DNA of 64,000 bases, taken from assembly GCF_000143415.4 (NCBI RefSeq), contig NW_003314323.1, forward strand, positions 872,499 to 936,498. Reading direction: 5' to 3'. The position numbers and the translations under genes were made by a program. Positions 38,404 through 49,996 of this stretch are shown in pieces. Below the pieces are notes generated by a model, which was not told where the DNA came from, searched no databases, and worked only from the letters and a program-made list of their open reading frames with translations. Position 1 is the first letter of the stretch. Every line of letters begins with the position of its first letter. The DNA is from Selaginella moellendorffii. Taxonomy: Eukaryota > Plantae > Lycopodiophyta.

Positions 38404-38430
38404 TCTAACGGCTACTCCACTCAACGGCTA
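38404..38430 (+). promoter_or_regulatory. Tandem MSA (mitosis-specific activator)-like elements upstream of CSLD
   Basis: TCTAACGGCTA (38404-38414) is a full match to YCYAACGGYYA; CTCAACGGCTA (38420-38430) is a near match. Confidence 0.6.
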
Positions 38431-38600
38431 GCTAGGGTAGAAAATATTTCGCAAATATTTCCTTCCATCGTCTTCTCGCTATCTCTCTCGATACAATGCG
38501 CCTCTGATCGGGGCCAATCGGCGCTCGAAATTTCGGTTTCCTAGCTTGCGATCGCTCCAATCCAGGTATTTCGCACAGGGATAGCGCATTAGATCGGGAA

Positions 38601-41600
38601 ATGGAGTCGCCGGCTTCATCCGTCTCGATCTCCAGCAGCCGCCGGCCATTCCGCGAGCTCCTCAGCCCCAGGAATCTCAACACCAGCATCGACAGCCCGC
38701 GATTCCTCCCTCCTCGCAGTCCTCGCTTCCTGAAATCCGGCACTCCATCGCCGACGGCGTGCTCTACTCCTCCCAGCCATCGATCGCCGGGCGGAAGCTA
38801 TGTGTTCATGCCCCGGGAGGGGAATGATCCCGGCCGGGAGGCGGTATCGACAGCGAAAAACTACACGGTGTTGATCCCTCCCACTCCGGATCCGGGGTTT
38901 CTCGCGGCGCCCAAGACGGGGGACATGGCCAGTGCGATGTTCACGGGCGGATTCCAGAGCGTTACCAGGGGCCACGTAATGGACCAGATGAAGGAGGCCA
39001 AGGTCGTGATGACGCTCAGCTGCGCTATCGCTGGGTGTGATGGCAAGGCCATGAAGGACGAGATGGGCGAAGATCTAAGCCCGTGCGAGTGCGCGTTCCG
39101 GATTTGCAGAGACTGCTACTTTGATGCTATCAACAATGGTGGGAAGTGCCCCGGTTGCAAGGAGATGTACAAGGTGCTCGATATCGAGGGTCCCAATGCC
39201 GAGACTTTGCCGCTCCCAGCTCCCAGGAGGCTGTCTCTTCTACGATCCAACCAGCCCGGGTCGATGAAGCAGGACTTCGATCACACGAGATGGCTTTACG
39301 AGACGAAAGGGACTTACGGGTATGGAAATGCGCTGTGGCCAAAGGATGATACGTACTTTGGCGATGGAATGCCATCGAGTTTCAAGGACAAGGCGAGACG
39401 TCCCCTGACGCGCAAGACGAACGTCTCAGCAGCTATCCTTAGTCCCTACAGGTACACGGACTTGGCTTTTTTTTTCTTTTTCTCGAGCTTTAGAGCTAAA
39501 CCCGTACGTTGTTCCATGCAGGCTCTTGGTTTTCGTCAGGCTAGCCGCACTGGGACTCTTCATCACGTGGAGGATCCGTCATCCAAACCCGGAGGCAATG
39601 TGGCTGTGGGGACTGTCAATCGTTTGCGAGTTGTGGTTCGCTTTCTCTTGGATTCTCGACCAGCTGCCGAAGTTGTGTCCAGTAAATCGCACCACCAACT
39701 TGGCGGTGCTCAAGGACGAGTTTGAGAGGCCGACAGCGAAAAATCCGAAGGGCAGGTCTGATCTTCCGGGGATAGACATTTTTGTGTCGACAGCTGATCC
39801 GGAAAAGGAGCCATCTCTGGTAACAGCAAACACCATCCTCTCGATTCTCGCAGCCGAGTATCCCGTGGAGAAGCTGTGTTGCTACCTTTCCGACGATGGT
39901 GGTTCACTGTTGACGTTCGAAGCATTGGCTGAAGCAGCAAGTTTCTCAAGAATCTGGGTGCCGTTCTGTCGGAAGCACAGCATCGAACCTCGGAACCCGG
40001 AGGCTTATTTCATGCTCAAGGGAGATCCGACTAAGAACAAAGTTCGCGCGGATTTCGTGAAGGACAGAAGACGAGTGAAACGTGAATACGACGAGTTCAA
40101 AGTTCGGATAAATGGCCTCGGGGATGCAATCCGGAGGAGGTCTGACGCTTACAATGCGCACGAAGAGATCAGAGCAAAGAGGATTCAGGTGGATAGCGGA
40201 TGTAACCCGGGAGAGCCGCTTAACGTTCCAAAGGCCACCTGGATGGCCGATGGTACGCACTGGCCGGGGACATGGCTTAGCTCAGGCAGTGAGCACGGAC
40301 GAGGAGATCACGCTGGAATAATTCAAGTAAGTTTTTCTTCTCGCGAATATGATCTTATTGACGTTTTGGTGTTTCAGGTGATGCTTGCGCCTCCAAGTAC
40401 CGAGCATCTCATGGGCTCAGCTGACAATGACAACAATCTTATCGATACGTCCGACTGCGACATTCGGCTACCAATGCTGGTATACGTATCCAGAGAGAAA
40501 CGAGCGGGGTATGACCACAACAAGAAGGCCGGGGCGATGAACGCGTTGGTACGAACAAGCGCGATCATGTCGAATGGAGCTTTTATCCTCAACCTCGACT
40601 GTGACCACTACGTCTACAACTCCCTCGCATTCAGAGAAGGGATGTGCTTCATGATGGATAATGGTGGTGATCGCATCGGCTTTGTCCAGTTCCCGCAGAG
40701 ATTCGAAGGCATCGATCACAATGACCGGTATGCCAACCACAACACTGTCTTCTTCGACGTGAACATGAGAGCACTCGATGGTATCCAGGGGCCCGTGTAT
40801 GTTGGAACGGGCTGCTTATTCCGGAGAGTTGCGCTCTACGGGTTCGATCCTCCTCGGTGTAAAACACGAAGCTGCTGGAACAGGAGAAAAACGAGGCTGA
40901 CGAAAAAGAATACCGGTATCAGTATGGAGGAAAACGAAGACGATTTGGAGGCCCAGACTTTGCTGCCAAAGCGTTACGGGACATCGACCAGCTTTGTAGC
41001 TTCCATCTCCAACGCTGAGTTCCAGGGCAGGCCTCTCTCGGGACAGGGGGTGATGCTCGGAAGACCAGCTGCTTCATTGATTTCTCCAAGAGAACCACTG
41101 GATGCTGCTACTGTTGCGGAGGCGATCAACGTCATCTCGTGCTGGTACGAGGACAAGACGGAGTGGGGACAGAACGTCGGCTGGACATACGGTTCAGTCA
41201 CCGAGGACGTGGTTACGGGATACACCATGCACAACAAAGGCTGGAAGTCCGTGTATTGCGTGACGAAGCGTGACGCTTTCAGAGGCACAGCACCAATCAA
41301 CTTAACGGACAGATTGCATCAGGTGTTGCGGTGGGCGACAGGCTCGGTTGAGATCTTCTACTCCCGAAACAATGCTCTCTTCGCCAGCACCAGAATGAAG
41401 TTCCTGCAGCGCATTGCCTACCTCAACGTCGGCATCTACCCGTTCACCTCGATTTTCCTCACGGTCTACTGCTTCCTGCCGGCGCTGTCGCTTCTCACGG
41501 GGAAGTTTATCGTCCAGACGCTCAACGTGACTTTCCTGGTTTACCTTTTGATCATCACGGTCACGATCTGCTTGCTGGCGGTGCTGGAGATCAGATGGTC

Positions 41601-42111
41601 GGGGATAACTCTGGACGAATGGTGGCGGAACGAGCAGTTTTGGGTGATTGGTGGAACCAGCGCTCATCTGGTGGCTGTGTTCCAGGGACTCTTGAAGGTC
41701 ATCGCCGGGATAGATATCTCCTTCACTCTGACGTCGAAGAATTCTGGTGACGAGGACGACGAGTTTGCCGAGTTGTACATGGTCAAGTGGAGCGCTCTGA
41801 TGATACCACCCCTGACTATCATGATGGTGAACTTGATCGCGATCGCGGTGGCTGTCTCGAGGACGGTCTACAGTCCTGTTCCTCAGTGGAGCAAGCTTCT
41901 CGGGGGAGTTTTCTTCAGTGTTTGGGTGCTGTTCCACCTCTACCCGTTCTCGAAGGGCCTCATGGGGAGGAGGAGGCGCACCCCGACTATTATCTTCGTC
42001 TGGTCTGGACTTTTGGCCATCGTCATATCTCTGCTGTGGGTCTCCCTCTCTTCTTCCTCTTTGACACCGGACAAAGGCATGGGTATCGGTGGTAGCTTCC
42101 AGTTTCCTTGA
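38601..42111 (+). CDS. CSLD: Cellulose synthase-like D glycosyltransferase
   Basis: N-terminal zinc-finger Cys pattern, [28 protein letters not shown] and QVLRW motifs, C-terminus GGSFQFP. Introns about 39452-39521 and 40327-40377. Confidence 0.98.
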
Positions 42112-42533
42112 GGTACGAAAGGTTGTTTATATCTTGCGAGCTGGACTGATACTTTGCTTATTTAGCTCCACGTCGTTGCGGGAGAATTCTTGTACTATAG
42201 AAGGTACTTGCTATGAACCACCATTGCCAGTTGCTGATTGAAATTTGCAGGGACTTGCTTAAGTAAGTAGCTCTGATCCTACTGGAGAGGGTTATTTGTA
42301 ACCAGAGATAGCTGTATACGCTGGGATGATGGCATTCCAAATACAGGTGTTTCCATCCAGCATTTCATGAATACGATTAAACTTTGCATTTTTCAGTCTT
42401 TTATTTAGCAAAACAGGTGTCACGCATGCAGACGAAATCTTCGTTTTATAATGGTCAGTAAGCACCTCATCGAGAACGGGCAAGTCGGTTTAGGATTTTT
42501 CTTTTGGTTCTAAATTCCTCTAGTCCCTGCAGG

Positions 42534-44110
42534 ATGATTAAGCTCTTGCTACTTGCACTTGCGGTCCTTGTAGCCGCATCGGCCTGCGAATTTGAGTATG
42601 AGGACTTCATCCTCGGTGAGCCTGTTGAATATGTCAAGAGTGATGCTGGAGAGATCCGAGCTTTGATGGGCTCTCACGAGGACCTGTCACTCAAGGAGCG
42701 TGATGTAGCTCTCGGCTTCATCACCATGGAACCTCGGGCGTTGCTGCTACCACATTACATGGACGCAAGCCTTGTTTTCTATGTCCAGAAAGGTACTAAA
42801 AAATGGTTCTCTTTAAGTTCGCTGGATCGTGATGTCACAAACTGATCAGGCGATGCTATGATTGGATCGATTCGTGGGGAGTCGACTGTCAAGAAGGATT
42901 TGAAACGAGGGGACGTTTATACTGTTCCTGCTGGAGCTGTTTTTTACGTGCTCAATGCGAACGAAGATGAGAAGCTCGAGCTGATCGGTATCTTCGACAC
43001 CTCCAGGGGGTCACGCAGTGGTAAACTTCAGGTAAGAGCGTAATCTTTGGTTGCTTGTCACAAGACTAAGTCATATATTTGTTTTGATGATTTGAAGTCG
43101 TTCTTCGTCGGCGGTGGACTCCATCCTAAACTTGCATTGGCTGGTTTCCGTTCGGGCCTTCTAGCAGCAGCTTTCAAGGTACTTCGTTTTGTACGGGGAT
43201 CTGCTCTCATCGGCTTGTCTGTGCAGGTATCGGAGGAGGAGATCAAGAACGTGTTTGGCTCCCAGGATGGAGGACCAATCATCCCCACGAGCGTTGGGAT
43301 GTTTGCACGATTAAAAGGCCAAGAGAACTATCTGGAAAGCGTGGTTTCCAACAAGAAGCACAAGAAGGACGAGGACAAGAAACACAAGGACGACAAGAAG
43401 CACAAGAAGGATGAGGACGACAAGAAACACAAGGACGATGACAAGAAGCACAAGGAGGACGAGGACAAGGAGAAGCGCAAAGACAAGATCTTCAACCTCT
43501 TTGAGAAGCGAGCATTCGAGAACCAACACGGCTGGATTGCCTCCACTCTCGGCGAAGACGTGCAAGCACTGGCATCAGGCCGGATTGGAGTTTCCATCGT
43601 CAAGTTGCAAGCGGTAAGTTCAAAGTCTCATAAAACTTGCTTGGTTCTCTAACACATCTCTGGCAGGGTAGCTTTTTGGCTCCGCACTGGAATAAGCAAG
43701 GAGCTGAGTTTGGAGTGGTGACAAATGGCACTGGAAGCCTCCAAGTCGCTCTTCCCAACGGCACGAATGGCGTCGATGCCAAGCTCAATGTAGGCACCAT
43801 CTTCCACGTACCGCAGTTTTTCCCGGCTTCCCAGATCGCTGCCACTCACGAGTGCTTGGAGTTCGTCAGCTTCACTGTCGCGGCGGATTCTCGCTCGGAG
43901 CTCACCGAGGGGATACAGTTTCTCGCAGGTAGGAAGGACGCTTTTGGTTAGAAGTTGTGATCGTGGATGGTTTTTGCAGGGAGAGGCTCCGTGCTCGAGA
44001 AGTTGGAGCTCGGCATTCTCGCGTTGTCGTTCAATCTGCCTGATCATCTGGTTTCAAGCTTCTTGGCTTCTCAGGACGATGCAGCAATCCTTGCCAACGA
44101 CGTCCAGTAA
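42534..44110 (+). CDS. Vicilin-like bicupin storage protein, multi-exon
   Basis: Signal peptide MIKLLLLALAVLVAASA; cupin 1 (GFITMEPRALLLPHYMDA, GDVYTVPAG); K/H/D linker; cupin 2 (GSFLAPHWN, IFHVPQFFPASQIA, QFLAG). Confidence 0.92.
43353..43488 (+). repeat. Coding tandem repeat (KKHKxD1-3) in the cupin linker
   Basis: aagaagcacaag(aag)gac... units translate to KKHKKDEDKKHKDDKKHKKDEDDKKHKDDDKKHKEDED. Confidence 0.9.
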
Positions 44111-44326
44111 TCTCGGGGTGGACATGGTGTTCCGCTAGATAGAATAAAGAAAGATGGGACACAAGATATTCGGGCCAAAACTATGAGAGCTTTCTCGAAT
44201 TTCAGCGAAAATTATCGTGTTGAATCCTCTACAGGTTATTGCTGGAGGAATCACCAAGCCAGAAGAAACAAAAGAGAGGGAGACTTAACAAGCGTTTCCA
44301 ATTATTTGGTGGTGGATCGACCACTC

Positions 44327-44631
44327 TCACTCGAATCCTCCGGTTCCCCGAAACTCTGTGGAAATGCCAGTGGTATGAGAAGCTACATTCTTCTTTCTGT
44401 GGCGAGAGGGAGGGATTTACCTGGCTTTTGGGCGACGCCGTCGACCCACTTGGTGATCTTGTAGTGGACTTGCTCCCTGGCGGCAGTCTGGGTCTTGTAG
44501 GGCTCCTTGAGGCACTTGCGGAGGTGCGTGGCGCAGGCGTTTGCGTAGGACATGTAGGTCATGCCCGCGACGCGCCAGTAGGCCGTGGCCGCCGGCCCTG
44601 TTGCCGCTGCTGCTGCTGCTGGCGACGCCAT
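44327..44631 (-). CDS. Mitochondrial ATP synthase epsilon subunit (2 exons)
   Basis: AYWRVAGMTYMSYANACATHLRKCLKEPYK...KWVDGVAQKP; intron about 44356-44420; last exon EFRGTGGFE* is inferred. Confidence 0.93.
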
Positions 44632-44729
44632 AGCCAAGAGCCCTAATGCTACTCTAGCTTTCTTAACATAATTTATTTTGGTTGTAGGTAAACCTTTTAA
44701 ATATAAAAGCCAGAGCCTGATTATTACAA

Positions 44730-44801
44730 ATCAGAGTGGCGCAGCGGAAGCGTGGTGGGCCCATAACCCACAGGTCGGAGGATCGAAACCTCCCTCTGAT
44801 A
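44730..44801 (+). tRNA. Initiator tRNA-Met (CAT), T-stem variant
   Basis: ATCAGAGTGGCGCAGCGGAAGCGTGGTGGGCCCATAACCCACAGGTCGGAGGATCGAAACCTCCCTCTGATA. A1-U72 pair and AUCGAAA T-loop. Upstream TATAAAA (44702) and CAA; T-run terminator at 44808-44812. Confidence 0.97.
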
Positions 44802-45205
44802 GCAAAGTTTTTTGAATTGTTTTATTTCGAAATACAAAGCTTTAACTTTCATGTTTACAAATTCAATTGCAGATCGTCTGGATCGTCGCCATTTATCGTA
44901 CGACGAGCTGCCACCCTTCCGCCATAGCCGTGACCTTGTCCCGAGCACATACTTGAGGAGGGAAGCCCTCAGAGGAAGAGATCCACTGAGGAGCCCAAGT
45001 CGAAGAGCCAGCTCCTTCCAGGCACAAGACCGTGACCTTGTGGTCTTTAGGTGGCGAGATTTGAAAGAAATTTCCTAAAAGATTGTCTTCTTGTTGCCGC
45101 TAAACGTTTGCTGCTGAAGGGAAGTTGTTTGATGCGCTATTAAAGAGGGCGACTTTGTTGTTCTTGTTGTTCTTAACTGGATTGCTGCTAGTGTTGGCCA
45201 AGGAA

Positions 45206-45545
45206 ACCATGCCATAGCCTTGCACAGCCGCCGTTGAGAAAATGGATTGATGCCCGCTGCATTTCTCGCAATATGGTAATCGCTTGGGCATTTTAAACAG
45301 AACAGGATTCCACATACCACTCCGAAGAGACCAGACAAGTATATCCATCATTTAGGAACAAGTCGCCTTCATACATATGCCACCATGTTTGGGCTTAAGC
45401 TTCACTGCGAAGCTATAGCTTTAGATCTTTGGCCCAGGAGAGGGCTCACACACAAAATGCGATGAGCGAAATTACTTAAGAATTATCAGAGGGAAATACC
45501 GGCAGCTTGATGATCTCGCCCTGACCATAGCTCCCATCTTCCAGA
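45206..45545 (-). pseudogene. Inverted, internally deleted chimeric relic of the sialidase-like 5' region fused to the DMI1 3' region
   Basis: Reverse complement of 45284-45315 matches 50646-50677 (31/32); 45272-45285 matches 48627-48640 (14/14); 45247-45268 matches 48699-48720 (21/22); about 45480-45545 matches about 49990-50066 with gaps. Confidence 0.85.
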
Positions 45546-45861
45546 TGCTCTCTAATCCGTGGAGTTCCTGGTCCCAGCAACGACGGAGCCGCATTTCTGG
45601 TGAAACGGCGCATCACTAGAACTCTCCTCTCCTTGTTTCCTCCTATGCCCCATTGTCTTCCTAAATTCTATCCTCTGCTACGAGCACACAAAAAAAGAAT
45701 TTTTCCTCCAACAATGCAAGGCAGTTGTGCTAGCAGCACTAGATAACTGACTGGGTCAAAACCATCCCTCTAACGAAATCTTGATTAAGCCCCATTTTAA
45801 TATTTGGCGGGAATAGTAGTATGAACCCTACACCCTAGGGTTCGATGAGCATGCGCGCACG

Positions 45862-48800
45862 ATGCGAGGCGGCAGCTGCCAGGAGCAAGGTTTGAGCATA
45901 TATTTCTGTCCTCTGTTTCTATAATCTCGGTGCATTTGCTTCTCAGGTGGGCGATCTCTGAGAAGATCGTCCTCGATTCCATCCAATCTCAAGGATGCCA
46001 CGAGCCCTGTTTTCTCAGGGCCGCCGCCGATCGTCAGGCGATTGAAGAGCGCTAGTGAGTCTCGGCGCTTGGCTGTCGAGAAATTCAGGAGTGAGGATTC
46101 CAGGCCAGATGATAGCTGGATCATTGTGGATAAGGAGGAGGCGGAGCCTGGATCAAAAGCGAGGGATGATCGGGATAACCTCCGGGTGAAAAAATCAAAG
46201 CCGATGAATTCTTTGGAGGAGTCTCATGGTACTCCATCGTCATCTAAAGGTCATGTCTCTCGAGTCGCGGATGGAGTTTCTAACTGGAACGCTACACAGT
46301 TCGTGAGACTTTTCATCTATGCGTCGCTCTCTCTTTTGGTAAAGCTCTAAACAATGTTTCTATCCTTTGCATCCATTCGTTTGTTTCCAGCTTATACTGT
46401 CCTACTTCGCGCTGATTGTGTACACCCTGGTTTTGCGAGCAGAGCGACAAAACGTCAAGGTAAAAAGAGTTCTTTGTTTGGTATTCTATCACGATTTTAT
46501 TTTAACATTTGCTATCCTATGGCAGGAATCTCTTGTCAAACTCCAAGCACAAATCGAGACATGCACAACGAGAATGAGCACTCTGGAAACAAATCTTGAC
46601 CAGAAACCGGCTAGGAGGCTTGCACTTTTTGTGACTGTCTTCTTTCTTGCTATGCCTTTTCTAATTCTGAGAGTTATGGATGACATACACAGCAAGCTAA
46701 CGAGAAACATCACAGACGAAGAAGTCCCTCCGAGCAAGAGGTTAGCGTATCTCGTGGACTTGATATTTTCGAACGCAATTGCAAAGCCGATTGCTCTACT
46801 TCTCGCAACAATGCTTCTAATAGCTTTCGGTGGGAATGCATTATATTCTGTTACTGACGATACTTTTGAAGATGCGCTATGGCGAACTTGGAGTTATGTA
46901 GCGGATTCTGGCAACCACGCTGACAGCGTCGGCTTGGGTTCCAGAATCGTATCAGTTTGTATCAGCCTTGGCGGGCTGCTTATTTTTGCTCTCATGCTCG
47001 GTCTTATTTCGGATGCCATTTCAGAGAAAGTAGACTCGCTTCGAAAGGGAAAGAGCGACGTCATTGAGAGCAACCACACTTTGATCCTTGGATGGAGCGA
47101 CAAACTTGTAAGTTATCTCTATTTTGTTAGCATTAAGGCTTCAAACCGCAGTGGCTGTTGTAGAACTCGCTGCTAAACCAGCTTGCAATTGCCAACCAAA
47201 GTCTAGGTGGTGGGGTGATCGTCATTCTTTCTGAAAGAGATAAGGAGGAAATGGAGGCTGACATTGGGAAGATGGAATTTGATTTTCTCGGAACTTATGT
47301 CATCTGTAGAAGTGGAAGTCCTCTCATCATGGCCGACCTTAAGAAGGTACGCGGAAATGTCTTCACGAATTTTTTAATTTTTTTCTTAAAACGACTTTCA
47401 GGTTTCAGTGTCTAAGGCTCGTGCCATTATAGTACTTGCAGAACCTGGGAACGCTGATCAGGTTTTTCCTACTTTCCATGCTCTGATCGTTTTGTAACTT
47501 ACTGAGTTTTCCTACTTACAGAGCGATGCTCGGGCCTTGAGAGTGGTTTTAAGTTTGACAGCAGTGAAAGAAGGATTGAAAGGTCACGTCGTGGTCGAAC
47601 TCAGTGACATAGATAACGAACCACTGGTGAAACTTGTTGGAGGTGATCTGGTAGAAACGGTCGTGGCACATGATGTTATTGGTCGACTTATGATTCAATG
47701 CGCTCGTCAACCGGGGCTTGCACAGGTTTTTTCTTGTTTCTCTACGTAATCTCTGTTAACAGCCCTTCTTCCAGATATGGGAGGATATACTTGGATTTGA
47801 TAACGCGGAATTCTATCTTAAACGATGGCCACAGCTTGTTGGGATGACATTTGAAGACGTTCTTGTGTCATTCCCTGATGCGATACCTTGCGGGGTTAAG
47901 GTAGCAGCTAACGCAGGCAAAATTGCCTTGAATCCAGATGATGACTACATCATATGCGAGGATGATGAAATTCTAGTGATTGCAGAAGATGACGACAGTT
48001 ACTTTCCAAGTTCGCTACCGAAGGTACTGTTGTTTCACTGTCTCACTGCAACTTACTTGGCTTGTTTTGGCCAGGTGAAGAAAGCTGCACTACCGAAGAT
48101 TGTAATTCCTCGAAAATATCCCGAGAAAATGTTGTTTTGTGGTTGGCGGCGAGATATAGATGACATGATTGTTGTAGGTCCTCTTCTCAGTTTTTCTTTG
48201 CCGTGTGGAACTTATCCCAGCTTTCAGGTTTTAGAGGCTTCTCTTGCACAAGGATCGGAGCTATGGATGTTCAGCGGCGTGCCAGAGCATGAAAGAGAAA
48301 AGAAGCTTATCGACGGTGGCCTTGATCCCAAGCGGCTTGAGAACGTCCATCTGGTGCATCGTGAGGGAAACCCTGTTATCCGAAGACACCTCGAAAGCTT
48401 GCCGCTGGAAACATTTGACTCGGTAAAGTTTCGTTTCATGTAATAAAAATCCATAACTTTCTTTCCTTCTTGTAGATATTGATTCTGGCAGATGAGGAGC
48501 TTGAAGATTCGGTAATCCACGCAGACTCGCGCTCTTTAGCTACTCTACTACTGATACGTGACATCCAGGTACGTCGAGTTTTTAACCCCCCGGACGCCAA
48601 CTTAATCTCGTGTCATTCTCCAGTCAAAGCGATTACCATACCGAGATCTAAGAGCTGTCCAAGTCCGGCAGGCTGGATCCTTGCAAACCTCCTGGATACG
48701 AGAAATGCAGCAGGCATCAAACCAGTCAATAATCATCAGCGAGATCCTCGACTCGAGAACAAAACACCTGGTCTCGGTGTCCAAGATCACCGACTGCGTC

Positions 48801-49161
48801 CTCTCCAACGAGCTCGTGAGCATGGCTCTGGCAATGGTAGCGGAAGACAAGCAAATCAACCGCGTTCTGGAGGAGCTATTCGCTGAAGAAGTAAGCCCAT
48901 GGCTCGCAAGCTTTCAAATTGATACACAAGTTTTACTGACAGGGGAATGAGATCTACATTCGGTCGGGCGAGCTCTACTTATACGACCAGGAAGTGCTGA
49001 GCTTCTTTGAGCTGATGATGCGCGCGAGAAAGCGGCAAGAGATATTGATCGGATATCAAGCAGCTTGTGCCGATCGTCCTTCCATCAATCCCGCCAAGAA
49101 ACACGCTGCAAGGAAATGGTCTACTAGCGATGTTTTCATTGTTCTTGCGTACAATGAGTGA
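45862..49161 (+). CDS. DMI1: CASTOR/POLLUX/DMI1 nuclear-envelope cation channel, multi-exon
   Basis: TM segments, pore filter YVADSGNHAD, EKVDSLRKGKS.V.ESNHTLILGWSDKL, RCK domains (CRSGSPL, VAHDVIGRLMIQCARQPGLAQ, SRSLATLLLIRDIQ, NELVSMALAMVAED). Start inferred. Confidence 0.96.
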
Positions 49162-49369
49162 GGAAGGAGGAATAGTGTATATCAACATTGATTTTACATT
49201 CTTTGGACACACGTAAAAAGACGCTCTTAGATTCGCTCTAAACAAAATCGAGCTGTCTCTTCTTTTATTCCGAATTTCGGATATCATCACTCTCTTCTTC
49301 TTCCTCGTCTTCGCAGAGGCAGCAACGGCATCTCCAGCAGCTCCATCGGCGTCCTCCTCCTTGATTTGG

Positions 49370-49460
49370 CGAGGATCGAGAATGGAGCGCCAGTGATGAC
49401 TCCCAGGGGTTGCTTGTTTTTGGATTGATTTTCTTTGTCCGCAGATTGCAAAGCCGAGAG
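49370..49460 (+). pseudogene. Deleted fragment paralogous to the orphan gene at 58304-59702
   Basis: gatcgagaatggagcgccagtgatgactcccaggggttgcttg resembles 59230-59272, joined directly to ttggattgattttctttgtccgcagattgca, which resembles the intron/exon junction at 59435-59465. Confidence 0.8.
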
Positions 49461-49996
49461 TGTCACTAAGGTAATATATATCTTATTTTGTACGTATCCC
49501 AAAGTTCTTGCACCGTTTCTGAGCAGCACTGTGTCGGATGTTTGTTTCAGACATTGTAATGTTTTTCGACTATAAGTCTTTCTATATTTTAGGTATCGAG
49601 CTCTTCTTCCAGATAGAAGAGACATCCTTCGTTAGCCAGATGCAAACTGGCATCACGAATTGTAGAAATTTTTTCCAAGAAATACGTGCTATCGGGGAGA
49701 CGAACACTTCAATTGAAAGAGCGTAAAAAGAATCTCCCACCCACCTGAGAAACAAATCCTCAAACCCTAGGGAGTAGGGTTTATACTACCAAATATCAAA
49801 ACACAGAGGAAGAGATTCCAGGGTCGATTCTCACAAGGAAAGGCCCAAGAGATATATTTGTTTCTCTGGCGATGGAGGCTCTGGCGCTGATGGCGATGGC
49901 GGAGCGTCCTGGCAGGTCGGTCCCATTTCTATCTCCTCTTTCCTCTCGCCGAATGTCGCTGTCTCGCAGTTCTACATCCGATTTGTTACCTGGAAG

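Noticed and set aside
40327-40377. Apparent insertion in CSLD ([17 protein letters not shown]), and similar ones in the CRM, cupin and DMI1 ORFs
   Set aside because: Short in-frame GT-AG introns read through by the ORF finder.
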